Shown piece after piece: positions 48,171-56,716 of a DNA stretch of 64,000 nt. Source of the DNA: Acidimicrobiales bacterium (GTDB taxonomy: Bacteria; Actinomycetota; Acidimicrobiia; Acidimicrobiales; SZUA-35). Below the pieces are notes generated by a model. It did not search any database. It was not told the origin of the DNA and saw only the letters and a list, made by a program, of their open reading frames with translations. Location: NCBI GenBank assembly GCA_037969565.1, contig JBBKXQ010000020.1, positions 19,180 through 83,179 of the forward strand, written 5' to 3'. Made by a program: the position numbers and the translations under genes. Positions within the stretch are counted from its first letter, which is position 1, and every line of letters starts with the position of its first letter.

Positions 48171-48322
48171 CTGGACCGTTGGACTCTAGCGCCGGATGGT
48201 GAATGGCCTACAAGCCTTTCCGAACTTGTGATCCGGCCCGCATCGTGGTGGGCGAGAGGTGAGCAACGGTTTTCCTTCCCGAACCTAAACTGATCTGCGA
48301 CTACTACCGACAAGAAGACGTG

Positions 48323-49228
48323 ATGACTTATCAACTCTCCGACGTGGGCGCCCTCGAGGCCGAGGCCATCCACATCATCCGGGAAGTGGCGGCGGAATTC
48401 GAACGTCCGGCACTCTTGTTCTCTGGCGGCAAGGATTCGATCCTGCTGCTCCACATGGCGATCAAGGCGTTCGCCCCGGCGAAGGTCCCCTTCCCGATCA
48501 TGCACGTCGACACGGGCCACAACTTCGATGAGGTGATCGAGTACCGCGATCGGCGCGTGGCCGAAACCGGAGTACGGCTGATCGTGGCCTCGGTTCAAGA
48601 GGCCATCGACAAGGGTCTCGTGGCCGAAGAAACCGGTCCCCGGGCCTCCCGCAATCTCCTCCAAACGGCCGCCCTCCTCGAAGGAATCGAATCAAACAAA
48701 TTCGATGCACTCTTCGGCGGTGCCCGGCGGGACGAAGAGAAAGCTCGGGCCAAGGAGCGGGTCTACAGTTTCCGCGATGAATTCGGACAGTGGGACCCCA
48801 AGGGTCAACGGCCCGAATTGTGGAATCTCTACAACGGGCGTCACAGCCAGGGTGAACACTTCCGCATCTTCCCCATTTCCAACTGGACCGAACTCGATGT
48901 GTGGCATTACATCGCCGAGCAAGAAATCGACGTACCCGACATCTACTTCGCCCACCAACGCGAGGTGTTCCAGCGCGATGGCATGTGGTTGGCCGACACG
49001 CCGTACATCACTCGTATGGAGGGGGAAGAACTCGAGACCAAGCAGGTTCGGTTCCGTACCATCGGTGACGCGAGTTGCACCGGCGCCGTGGAATCAGACG
49101 CCGACACGATCGAAAAGGTGATCGAAGAAGTGGGGGCGACTCGGGTGACGGAACGGGGCGCAACCCGCGCCGACGATCGACGCACCGAGGCAGCCATGGA
49201 GGATCGGAAGAAGGAGGGCTACTTCTGA
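48323..49228 (+). CDS. cysD: sulfate adenylyltransferase subunit 2
   Basis: 301 aa. PAPS-reductase-fold motif LFSGGKDS, and ends in the canonical ...KKEGYF. A GTG at 48320 is an alternative start. Confidence 0.95.
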   Translation: MTYQLSDVGALEAEAIHIIREVAAEFERPALLFSGGKDSILLLHMAIKAFAPAKVPFPIMHVDTGHNFDEVIEYRDRRVAETGVRLIVASVQEAIDKGLVAEETGPRASRNLLQTAALLEGIESNKFDALFGGARRDEEKARAKERVYSFRDEFGQWDPKGQRPELWNLYNGRHSQGEHFRIFPISNWTELDVWHYIAEQEIDVPDIYFAHQREVFQRDGMWLADTPYITRMEGEELETKQVRFRTIGDASCTGAVESDADTIEKVIEEVGATRVTERGATRADDRRTEAAMEDRKKEGYF

Positions 49229-49319
49229 TGCACCGCCCCACCAGCTCCTCCGTATCCGATCCGACCAGACGAACAACCGGATCGGAAGAAGGAGGGCTAC
49301 TTCTGATGCACCGCCCCAC
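49201..49319. repeat. 41-bp perfect direct repeat (49201-49241 and 49279-49319), a duplication of the cysD stop/restart junction
   Basis: ggatcggaagaaggagggctacttctgatgcaccgccccac occurs twice, 78 bp apart. Confidence 0.95.
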
Positions 49320-49376
49320 TGTTTCCTCGCCAGCGAAGCGTTCGATCGACCGACACAACGAATCAAGGATTTTCTG

Positions 49377-50630
49377 ATGGAGTTACTCCGACTTGCCACT
49401 GCCGGTTCGGTCGACGACGGCAAGAGCACCCTCATCGGGCGATTGCTGTTCGACTCGAAGTCGATCTTCGAGGATCAACTCGAAGCCATCGAGGCAACGA
49501 GCCTTGCCCGGGGCAGCGAAACCGTCGACCTCGCCTTGCTCACCGACGGCTTGCGAGCCGAACGCGAACAAGGCATCACGATCGACGTGGCCCACCGCTA
49601 CTTCGCCACACCAAGGCGCAAGTTCATCATCGGCGACACCCCAGGGCACATCCAATACACCCGCAACATGGTCACGGGGGCCTCGACGGCCGACCTCGCG
49701 ATCGTGTTGATCGATGCCCGAAAAGGCGTCCTCGAACAGTCCCGCCGTCACGCGTTCATCGCGTCGCTCCTCCGTATCCCCCACATCGTGCTTGCGGTGA
49801 ACAAGATGGACCTGGTCGATTACGACCAGGAGGTCTTCGAGGCCATTCGGGAAGACTTCACCGCCTTTGCGGCCAAGCTCGACGTCAGCGATCTCACGTT
49901 CATTCCGATGTCGGCCCTCGACGGCGACAACGTCGTCGACCGCTCGGCCAACATGCCCTGGTACGAAGGCTCGACCCTGCTGCACCATCTCGAGGAGGTG
50001 CACATCGCATCCGACCGCAACTTGGTCGACGCTCGATTCCCGGTGCAGTACGTCATCCGACCGCAGACGGCCGAACAGCCTGATTACCGCGGGTATGCCG
50101 GCACGGTTGCCGGTGGGGTTTTCAAGCCGGGAGACGAAGTCCTCGTGCTCCCGTCCGGTTTCACCAGCACGATCGAAGCCGTCGAAACGGCCGACGGACC
50201 TCTCAAAGAGGCATTCGCCCCGATGGCCGTCACGATCCGTCTGACCGACGAGATCGACATCAGCCGGGGCGACATGATCTGTCGCCCCAACAACAAGCCC
50301 GAGGTCGGCCAGGACATCGAGGCGATGATCTGTTGGATGTCCGAAGCCTCCGAGCTACGGCCCAATGCCAAGCTGGCGCTCAAGCACACCACCCACTCGG
50401 TTCGTGCGCTCGTCAAGAATCTGCACTACCGGCTCGACATCAACACGCTCCATCGTGACGAGACAGCCGGATCGTTGTCGTTGAACGAGATCGGCCGGGT
50501 GCGTCTGCGCACCACACAGCCGCTCTATTTCGACGAGTACCGACGCAATCGGGCCACCGGCAGCTTCATCCTCATCGATGAAGTCACCAACATCACCGTG
50601 GGTGCCGGCATGATCGTCGGAGCAGCGTGA
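49377..50630 (+). CDS. cysN: sulfate adenylyltransferase subunit 1 (GTPase)
   Basis: 417 aa. G1 motif GSVDDGKST, DTPGH and NKMD. Confidence 0.95.
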   Translation: MELLRLATAGSVDDGKSTLIGRLLFDSKSIFEDQLEAIEATSLARGSETVDLALLTDGLRAEREQGITIDVAHRYFATPRRKFIIGDTPGHIQYTRNMVTGASTADLAIVLIDARKGVLEQSRRHAFIASLLRIPHIVLAVNKMDLVDYDQEVFEAIREDFTAFAAKLDVSDLTFIPMSALDGDNVVDRSANMPWYEGSTLLHHLEEVHIASDRNLVDARFPVQYVIRPQTAEQPDYRGYAGTVAGGVFKPGDEVLVLPSGFTSTIEAVETADGPLKEAFAPMAVTIRLTDEIDISRGDMICRPNNKPEVGQDIEAMICWMSEASELRPNAKLALKHTTHSVRALVKNLHYRLDINTLHRDETAGSLSLNEIGRVRLRTTQPLYFDEYRRNRATGSFILIDEVTNITVGAGMIVGAA

Positions 50631-51235
50631 ACGCAGGCTCCTCCGAGCCAGTCGCAACGAACATCCAGTGGCATCCGAGCGCCGTGGATCGTTCCGTCCG
50701 GTCGGCCGCCACCGGAACCTCGGGAATGACCCTGTGGTTCACGGGTCTCTCGGGCTCGGGCAAGTCAACCGTTGCCGTCGAGCTGGAGAAGCAACTCATT
50801 GCCGCCAGCCGACCCGCCTACCTTCTCGATGGCGACAACCTACGGTTCGGTCTGAACGGCGATCTCGGCTTTTCGGCCGCCGACCGCGACGAGAACGTGC
50901 GACGGGTGGCCCATGTCGCCAGACTCTTTGCCGACTCGGGTTTGATCGCCCTCGTCCCATTGATCAGTCCCTACAGGGCAGCCCGTCAACTGGCTCGGGA
51001 TCTTCATGACGCCGCCGGGCTCCCGTTCGCCGAGGTCTTCGTCGATACCCCACTCGAGATCTGCGAAGCCCGAGATCCGAAGGGCCTCTACAAGAAGGCC
51101 AGAGCAGGAGAGATCACCGGTATGACCGGAATCGACGATCCCTACGAAGCGCCCCAACATCCGGAGTATCGGGTCACCCCCGACGACGGTTCGGCTTCGG
51201 AGATCGCTGCGCTCTTGCTTCGCCAACTCGCTTGA
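50627..51235 (+). CDS. cysC: adenylylsulfate (APS) kinase
   Basis: P-loop GLSGSGKST. GTG start forms a GTGA overlap with the cysN stop. Confidence 0.92.
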   Translation: MNAGSSEPVATNIQWHPSAVDRSVRSAATGTSGMTLWFTGLSGSGKSTVAVELEKQLIAASRPAYLLDGDNLRFGLNGDLGFSAADRDENVRRVAHVARLFADSGLIALVPLISPYRAARQLARDLHDAAGLPFAEVFVDTPLEICEARDPKGLYKKARAGEITGMTGIDDPYEAPQHPEYRVTPDDGSASEIAALLLRQLA

Positions 51236-51263
51236 GGCTGGTCGTCGAGAACCTCTGATGAGC

Positions 51264-52001
51264 TCAGATGGCCGCCACGAGCTGGTCCGACCGGGCGACG
51301 AGGGGCAAGCCGGCAGCAACCGAGCCGATCACCAGTACTGACGGCGCCGGCACCGGTTCGGTGCCCAGTTCGGCCAGCCGTCCTCGCCAGGTGGCCTGGT
51401 CGGGATGGGTGGCATTGGTGACCACCGCAGTTGGCGTCTCGGCCGACAGACCCGAACCGACGAGCAGATCGCGGATCGACCCGGCCCGTTTGGCTCCCAT
51501 CAGGACGACGAGCGTGAGTCCGCACCGGGCGAGCGCCGGCCAGTCGATCGGTTCTGAGTTCGGATCTTGGTGTGCGGTCACGATGCAGACACCGCTGGAG
51601 AGGCCCCGCTCGGTGACCGAGATACCGGCCGCCATCGGACCAGCCAGGGCCGAGGTGATACCAGGCACCACATCGACGTCGATACCGGCCGCGACGACAG
51701 CTGCGGCCTCCTCGATACCCCGGCCGAAGATGAACGGGTCGCCGCCCTTCACCCGAACCACCGTGTCGAGCCGTGTGCCCAGCTGAACCAACAGGACATT
51801 GATCTCATCCTGGGTGGGACTCGGACGACCGGGCGTTTTACCGACGGCGTATCGCTCGGCCGATGGAGACACGAAGTCGAGAATTTCAGCGCCGATGAGG
51901 CGGTCATAGACCACGGCATCGGCGCTCCCGAGAAGACGGGCCGCTTTGAGGGTCATGAGTTCGGCGTCACCAGGCCCGACGCCTACCAGATGAACGGTCA
52001 T
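51264..52001 (-). CDS. cobA: uroporphyrinogen-III C-methyltransferase
   Basis: VGVGPGDAELMTLKA and VRVKGGDPFIFGRG motifs. ATG 52001 forms an ATGA overlap. Confidence 0.92.
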   Translation of the reverse strand: MTVHLVGVGPGDAELMTLKAARLLGSADAVVYDRLIGAEILDFVSPSAERYAVGKTPGRPSPTQDEINVLLVQLGTRLDTVVRVKGGDPFIFGRGIEEAAAVVAAGIDVDVVPGITSALAGPMAAGISVTERGLSSGVCIVTAHQDPNSEPIDWPALARCGLTLVVLMGAKRAGSIRDLLVGSGLSAETPTAVVTNATHPDQATWRGRLAELGTEPVPAPSVLVIGSVAAGLPLVARSDQLVAAI

Positions 52002-52645
52002 GAGTTGACTCCACTCTTCGCCACGGCTTCGAGAAGCCTCCGGTGCAATTCTGCGGGTCGTCCGCTGCGTACGAGGTCGAGTGCCTCGCCATCCAAGACG
52101 TGGGCCCAACCCGACACCTCGGTCGGATGGCCCGCCTCGCGCACAATGGCTCGGACCTGCGTGGCGATCTCGGCGACGGCGACGGTGTCGTCATCGAGTA
52201 ACGAGTCGATCCGACGCCGAATCCAACTCGCAACCGCCGGGCTCGATCCTCCGGTGGCGATGCCAACCGTGATCGGACCTCGCCTACTGACGGCGGGAAG
52301 CACCACAGAACAATGGTCGGGATCGTCGGCGGCATTGCACCAGATCCGACGAGCTTCGGCCTCGGCGAACACCGTCCCATCGACGTGCGGGATCCCGGTG
52401 GCGGTGACCACGAGCCACATACCCTCGAGGTCGGAGGGGACGAACGACCGCCGATGCCGGGCGGCGACCTCGACCGCTGCCATGTCCGAGCTGTGCTTTG
52501 GGGCAACCACGGTGACCAAGGCCCCCTGGCCAACATAGGCCTGGGCCTTCCGAGCGGCAATCCGACCCGCGCCGACCACGAGAATCGAACGGCCCTCGAC
52601 GCGAAGACCCACGGGAACGAGCGCCAACGGAGTCGAAGCGCTCAT
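51998..52645 (-). CDS. precorrin-2 dehydrogenase / sirohydrochlorin ferrochelatase (CysG N-domain / SirC-like)
   Basis: LVVGAGRIAARKA Rossmann motif, 215 aa. ATGA overlaps on both sides. Confidence 0.8.
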   Translation of the reverse strand: MSASTPLALVPVGLRVEGRSILVVGAGRIAARKAQAYVGQGALVTVVAPKHSSDMAAVEVAARHRRSFVPSDLEGMWLVVTATGIPHVDGTVFAEAEARRIWCNAADDPDHCSVVLPAVSRRGPITVGIATGGSSPAVASWIRRRIDSLLDDDTVAVAEIATQVRAIVREAGHPTEVSGWAHVLDGEALDLVRSGRPAELHRRLLEAVAKSGVNS

Positions 52646-53271
52646 TGGTGGAGTCCGCATTCGGTCTTTTCCTCGCCCTGCCAACGACCGGCCCGGGCGT
52701 CGGAGCCCTCGGCCACGGGCGTCGTGCACGGCTTGCAACCGATGGACGGGTAGCCGCGGTCGCGAAGCGGGTTCACGATGATGTCGTTGTTGGTTTCGTA
52801 CTGGGTCACTTCGTCATCGGTCCAGGCCACGATCGGATTGATCTTCACCAGGCCGCGACGATCCGTCTCGATCTGGGGGGTGTCGGACCTCGACGGGCCA
52901 TCCGCTCGACGAAGGCCACTGAGCCATGCCCGCTTGCCCTTCAGGGCCACATCGAGTTGATCCACCTTGTGTTCGCTGCAGCAGAACCCAGGCTGCCCCA
53001 CGTCGGGGAGATGGCGCCACGGCACGACAACTCGAAGGTTGGGCCGGTACCGCTCAGCGATCCGCATCATCGTTTCGATGGTCTCGTTGAAGTGAAAGCC
53101 GGTGTCGATGAACGCGATCTCGATACCCGGGTCGACCCCGAGCGCGAGGTCGACGAGAACAGCGTCCTGCCCGGAACAGAGAAGGGTGAGGTCGGTTCCG
53201 AACTCGGCTACGGCCCACGCAATGGCCGCCTCGGCCGTCCGATCACCGACCCTCTCGCCCACGACCGTCAT
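52642..53271 (-). CDS. cysH: adenylylsulfate (APS) reductase, thioredoxin-dependent, Fe-S type
   Basis: CC pair (GFCCSEH) plus the CxxC pair (GCKPCT) and the catalytic ECGLH tail. Confidence 0.9.
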   Translation of the reverse strand: MTVVGERVGDRTAEAAIAWAVAEFGTDLTLLCSGQDAVLVDLALGVDPGIEIAFIDTGFHFNETIETMMRIAERYRPNLRVVVPWRHLPDVGQPGFCCSEHKVDQLDVALKGKRAWLSGLRRADGPSRSDTPQIETDRRGLVKINPIVAWTDDEVTQYETNNDIIVNPLRDRGYPSIGCKPCTTPVAEGSDARAGRWQGEEKTECGLHQ

Positions 53272-54983
53272 GACGCCACACTCGATCGTTGGAATGTGGG
53301 TAGTCCCACCGCCAGCGCAGCCACGCCGAGCCGGTCGGCCCAATCGCCGAACGCTTCGCCGTCGGTTCGACTCTGGCTGAACCGCTCCAAGAGTGGCGCC
53401 AACACGTCCTCGAGTTTGGAGAAGGGAACGGACTCGACGAGCAGGACGGCGAGCCGGGAGCCACCAGGACTGCCACCGACGAACAGGTCATAGGCCGTCT
53501 TGGTTCGTCCGACGATTCCCAGCTCGGCCACATAGGGGCGAGAACACCCATTGGGGCACCCCGTCATCCTCGTCTCGATCGACACATCGGCGAGACGTCG
53601 TTCGACGAGGAGCTGATCGAGAAGATCGGTCAGTTCGGGCAACACCCGTTCTGCTTCGCCCAATGCCTGCCCACAGGTCGGGAGTGCGGGGCAGGCCATC
53701 GACGATAGGACACTGAGCGAGAGGTGCTTGGCTTGTGGCACGCCGAGTTCGGTGAGCAAGGCCTCGACGGCAGCCTTGTCAGCCTCTTCGATTCCGCAGA
53801 GCAGCAGGTCTTGGTGTGGGGTGAGCCGGATCTCGTTGGCGTACCGCTCGAGGATCTGACGCACCGCAGTGCGGCGCTTCGTCTCTTTCGTATCGAGCAG
53901 GCGTCCGGACGGCACCGGTAGTCCCAGATACCACCGACCGTCGTCTTGATGATGCCACCCCAGGTGTTCGCGGGCCCGGCCCCACGCGGGCAGAGCAATC
54001 GGATCGTCGAAGGAACGGCCCAGCCGACGCTCCACCTCTTGTCGAAGCCAACCGATGCCACGCGCTTCGACGAGATACTTCAGACGGGCATGACTGCGAT
54101 CGTCCCGGTTGCCCTCGTCCCGAAAAACACCGACCATCGCTTCGACCACGTCCGCGATGTCTCGGTCCGGCACCCAGACCATCGGATCACCGAGCCTCGG
54201 GAAGGTCGTTGCGTCCTTGTGTGTACGGCCGAGGCCACCACCGGCGAGAACAACGGCGCCGAGTTCACCATCGGCGTTGGGTACGAGAACGAGGCCCACA
54301 TCCTGGCTGTAGACGTCGATCGAATTGTCACCGGGCCACGCAATGCCCACCTTGAACTTCCGGGGGAGATAGGAGTCACCGTAGATCGGCTCGGTCGTGT
54401 CGTCCGACTCGGCGATCGGACCAGCGGAAACCGCTCGTTCCCCATCCAGCCACAGCTCCCAATAGGCGGCCGACTGCGGACGGAATCGATTGGCCAAGGC
54501 ACGAGCCAACGAATCGAGGCGACCCAGATCACGTCCGGCATCGGGCGCCGAGGAGACCATGACATTGCGCACGACGTCGCCACAGGCGGCATAGGTCGTC
54601 ACGAGCCCACGATTCAGCGATCCGACCAGCTCTTTGAGATCCCCTTTGTGGACGAAGTGGTACTGAACGCCCTGGCGAGAGGTGAGTCGGAGCGAGCCGT
54701 CGCCAACGTCGGCCAGGCGGTCGATCTCGAACCACTGCGAGGGCCGCAGCAGGCCACCGGGTACCGAACACCGAACCATGCAGGAGTAGGCGAGTGTGCG
54801 TTTCGCACGGGCGAGCTCACCCCGATGATCACGGTCGTCCTGCTGGTAGATGCCGTGAAACTTGAGGAGGTGTCCGGACTCGAGTGGAAAGGTCGACATT
54901 CCGTCGGCCAACTCTTCGACCAACGAGCCTCGAAGGTGCCCGCTCGACGCTTTGATGCCTTCCACCGGGGTTGCCATGACCAT
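53268..54983 (-). CDS. sir: ferredoxin-dependent sulfite reductase (NirA/Sir hemoprotein)
   Basis: About 571 aa. Sirohaem/Fe-S Cys motifs CPALPTCGQA and TGCPNGCSRPY. Start ATG 54983 or 54977 (the track TTG is at 54992). Confidence 0.92.
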   Translation of the reverse strand: MVMATPVEGIKASSGHLRGSLVEELADGMSTFPLESGHLLKFHGIYQQDDRDHRGELARAKRTLAYSCMVRCSVPGGLLRPSQWFEIDRLADVGDGSLRLTSRQGVQYHFVHKGDLKELVGSLNRGLVTTYAACGDVVRNVMVSSAPDAGRDLGRLDSLARALANRFRPQSAAYWELWLDGERAVSAGPIAESDDTTEPIYGDSYLPRKFKVGIAWPGDNSIDVYSQDVGLVLVPNADGELGAVVLAGGGLGRTHKDATTFPRLGDPMVWVPDRDIADVVEAMVGVFRDEGNRDDRSHARLKYLVEARGIGWLRQEVERRLGRSFDDPIALPAWGRAREHLGWHHQDDGRWYLGLPVPSGRLLDTKETKRRTAVRQILERYANEIRLTPHQDLLLCGIEEADKAAVEALLTELGVPQAKHLSLSVLSSMACPALPTCGQALGEAERVLPELTDLLDQLLVERRLADVSIETRMTGCPNGCSRPYVAELGIVGRTKTAYDLFVGGSPGGSRLAVLLVESVPFSKLEDVLAPLLERFSQSRTDGEAFGDWADRLGVAALAVGLPTFQRSSVAS

Positions 54984-54991
54984 GCGCTCCA

Positions 54992-55047
54992 ATTCCCGAC
55001 CCGTTTAGTCGGAAATGAGAACCTAACTTGATTCCCGACAAAGTCAA
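54992..55047 (-). promoter_or_regulatory. putative promoter and operator upstream of sir
   Basis: Locally AT-rich. On the minus strand: TTGACT (55047-55042), 16 nt, TAGGTT (55025-55020). The 9-mer attcccgac occurs twice (54992-55000, 55031-55039), with an inverted near-copy gtcggaaat (55008-55016) between them. Confidence 0.35.
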
Positions 55048-55092
55048 TCAACTTTTGCGAGAATTGGTTTCAGACTGTGTGGGGCCCGATGA

Positions 55093-56577
55093 TCAGGCGC
55101 AGTCGGTGCCCTCGGGTGTGGCCTGAGGAACGACCCCGACCTGGGGCGGTTCGGTGGTCGCCGTGGCATCGACGGGCGGAACCGGAGTGCCGTCGAGTGG
55201 GGTGACCGCTCGCTGTGTGTCGGCCAGTCCGGCGAAATCGGAGCCAAGGGTCAGCACGACCGACTCGAGCCCGTCGTCGATTTCAACCACCGGATCAGCG
55301 GCGAGGCGGCTGATCAGTTCGGCCGCTCCGGCGGCCTGAGCTGACGGATAACGCACGATGGTGTCGCCTCGGGCCTCGGCGTTGCCCGGCACCTGCATCT
55401 CGAAACCGAGGTCGGCGAGACCCGTCGACACGGAACCGGCGGCACCGTCTACTCCGCTGGCGTTCAGCACCTGAGCCATGAGAACGATCGGTTCGGCAGG
55501 TGCTTCGGTGGTGGGGTCACGGACGACGAGCCCGCGGAAGATGTCGAGAATCGGCTGCGCCTCGTCGACCTGCATTCCGAGGACGGCCGCATTGTCGGCG
55601 GTGCGGAAGTCGAAGACGGGGAGCGAGTGTCCGACGATCTGGTCTCCGCCGAGGTCGGCGAAGGTCTTCGCCAGTTGGAGGAGGTCGCCCGGCTCGACAG
55701 CTTGATCGATCACGAGGTTCTGGCCACCGACGCTGACGATCGACTTGATCTTGCCGAGCGACGTGATGTCGACCTGGGCGGCCGTGGTGTCAACGACCCG
55801 GCGAAGGAAGTACTGCTGCCGAGTGGTCCGCCCGAGATCGCCGGTGGGATCGCTCTGCCATGAGCCGTCCTGGAAGTATTCGAGTTTCCGGCTCCTGGCG
55901 AAGGCCAGGGCTTCGAAACCCTGGAGACGTTGGCAGCCGGCGTTCTGGATGTTCAAACCGGAGTTGCCGTCTCGCATCGGTTTGTCGAACCACATGGACA
56001 CTCCGCCCAATTCGTTCACGATGTCTTGAAATCCGACGAAGTTGACTTCGGCGTAGTGGTTGATCTCGAAGCCCAGATAGCTCTCGATCGTGTCGACGAG
56101 ACGCTGCTCGCCGTTCTCGGCGTTGAACGCCGTGTTGATTCGACCTTCGCCGCCACCGGCGATCGGCACGTAGAGGTCACGCGGAATCGAGAGCAGATCA
56201 ATGGTCTGACCCTTTGGGTCCACTCGGGCGATCATCATCGTGTCGGTGCGTTTCCCCGACGGAAGTTCTGACGGATCGCCTCCGATGAAGGCTCCGGCAT
56301 TCGGGTCGTCGGGGTTGATGCCCTCCCGGCTGTCGGTGCCGACGAGGAGCCAGTTCGCCGGCTCACCGGATGCGGCCTTCTCGACCGAGGCGATGGCGAC
56401 GGTTTCGATGGCGTCGAACTGATCCAGACCCCACGCCAGAACACTGGCCGCCAGCACGCTGAGAACCGTGGCGACGACACCGAACATGAGCAAGAGACGC
56501 TCACCCCATGTGCGGTGAGATGGAGTTGACGGGCGTCCAGCGAGGTTGGACGGCTGTGGGGTCGAAGTGCCAGTCAT
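55093..56577 (-). CDS. LytR-CpsA-Psr (LCP) family cell-envelope phosphotransferase
   Basis: N-terminal TM helix, LCP core (RTDTMMIARVDP...LSIPRDLYV...INHYAEVNFVGF) and a LytR_C-like tail. ATG 56577; the track TTG is at 56628. Confidence 0.85.
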   Translation of the reverse strand: MTGTSTPQPSNLAGRPSTPSHRTWGERLLLMFGVVATVLSVLAASVLAWGLDQFDAIETVAIASVEKAASGEPANWLLVGTDSREGINPDDPNAGAFIGGDPSELPSGKRTDTMMIARVDPKGQTIDLLSIPRDLYVPIAGGGEGRINTAFNAENGEQRLVDTIESYLGFEINHYAEVNFVGFQDIVNELGGVSMWFDKPMRDGNSGLNIQNAGCQRLQGFEALAFARSRKLEYFQDGSWQSDPTGDLGRTTRQQYFLRRVVDTTAAQVDITSLGKIKSIVSVGGQNLVIDQAVEPGDLLQLAKTFADLGGDQIVGHSLPVFDFRTADNAAVLGMQVDEAQPILDIFRGLVVRDPTTEAPAEPIVLMAQVLNASGVDGAAGSVSTGLADLGFEMQVPGNAEARGDTIVRYPSAQAAGAAELISRLAADPVVEIDDGLESVVLTLGSDFAGLADTQRAVTPLDGTPVPPVDATATTEPPQVGVVPQATPEGTDCA

Positions 56578-56647
56578 AGCCCGCAAGACGCTAGCGCTCG
56601 GTTTGACCAGGCTCGTGGCAGGTGCCAACTGACCGGCCAGGATCAGT

Positions 56648-56716
56648 CTCCAAAATCAGGGCTCCAGAATCAAGGCTCCAGAATCAGGGCTCCAGAATCA
56701 GGGCTCCGAATCAGGG
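56648..56716. repeat. 14-bp tandem repeat, about 5 units
   Basis: ctcca(a/g)aatca(g/a)gg units. The last unit overlaps the stop of the acyl-CoA dehydrogenase gene. Confidence 0.9.

Noticed and set aside
44800-48320. Possible genomic island next to tRNA-Arg (frameshifted methyltransferase, acyltransferase-3, hydrolase).
   Set aside because: I could see no integrase, no direct repeat of the tRNA 3' end, and no obvious compositional break.
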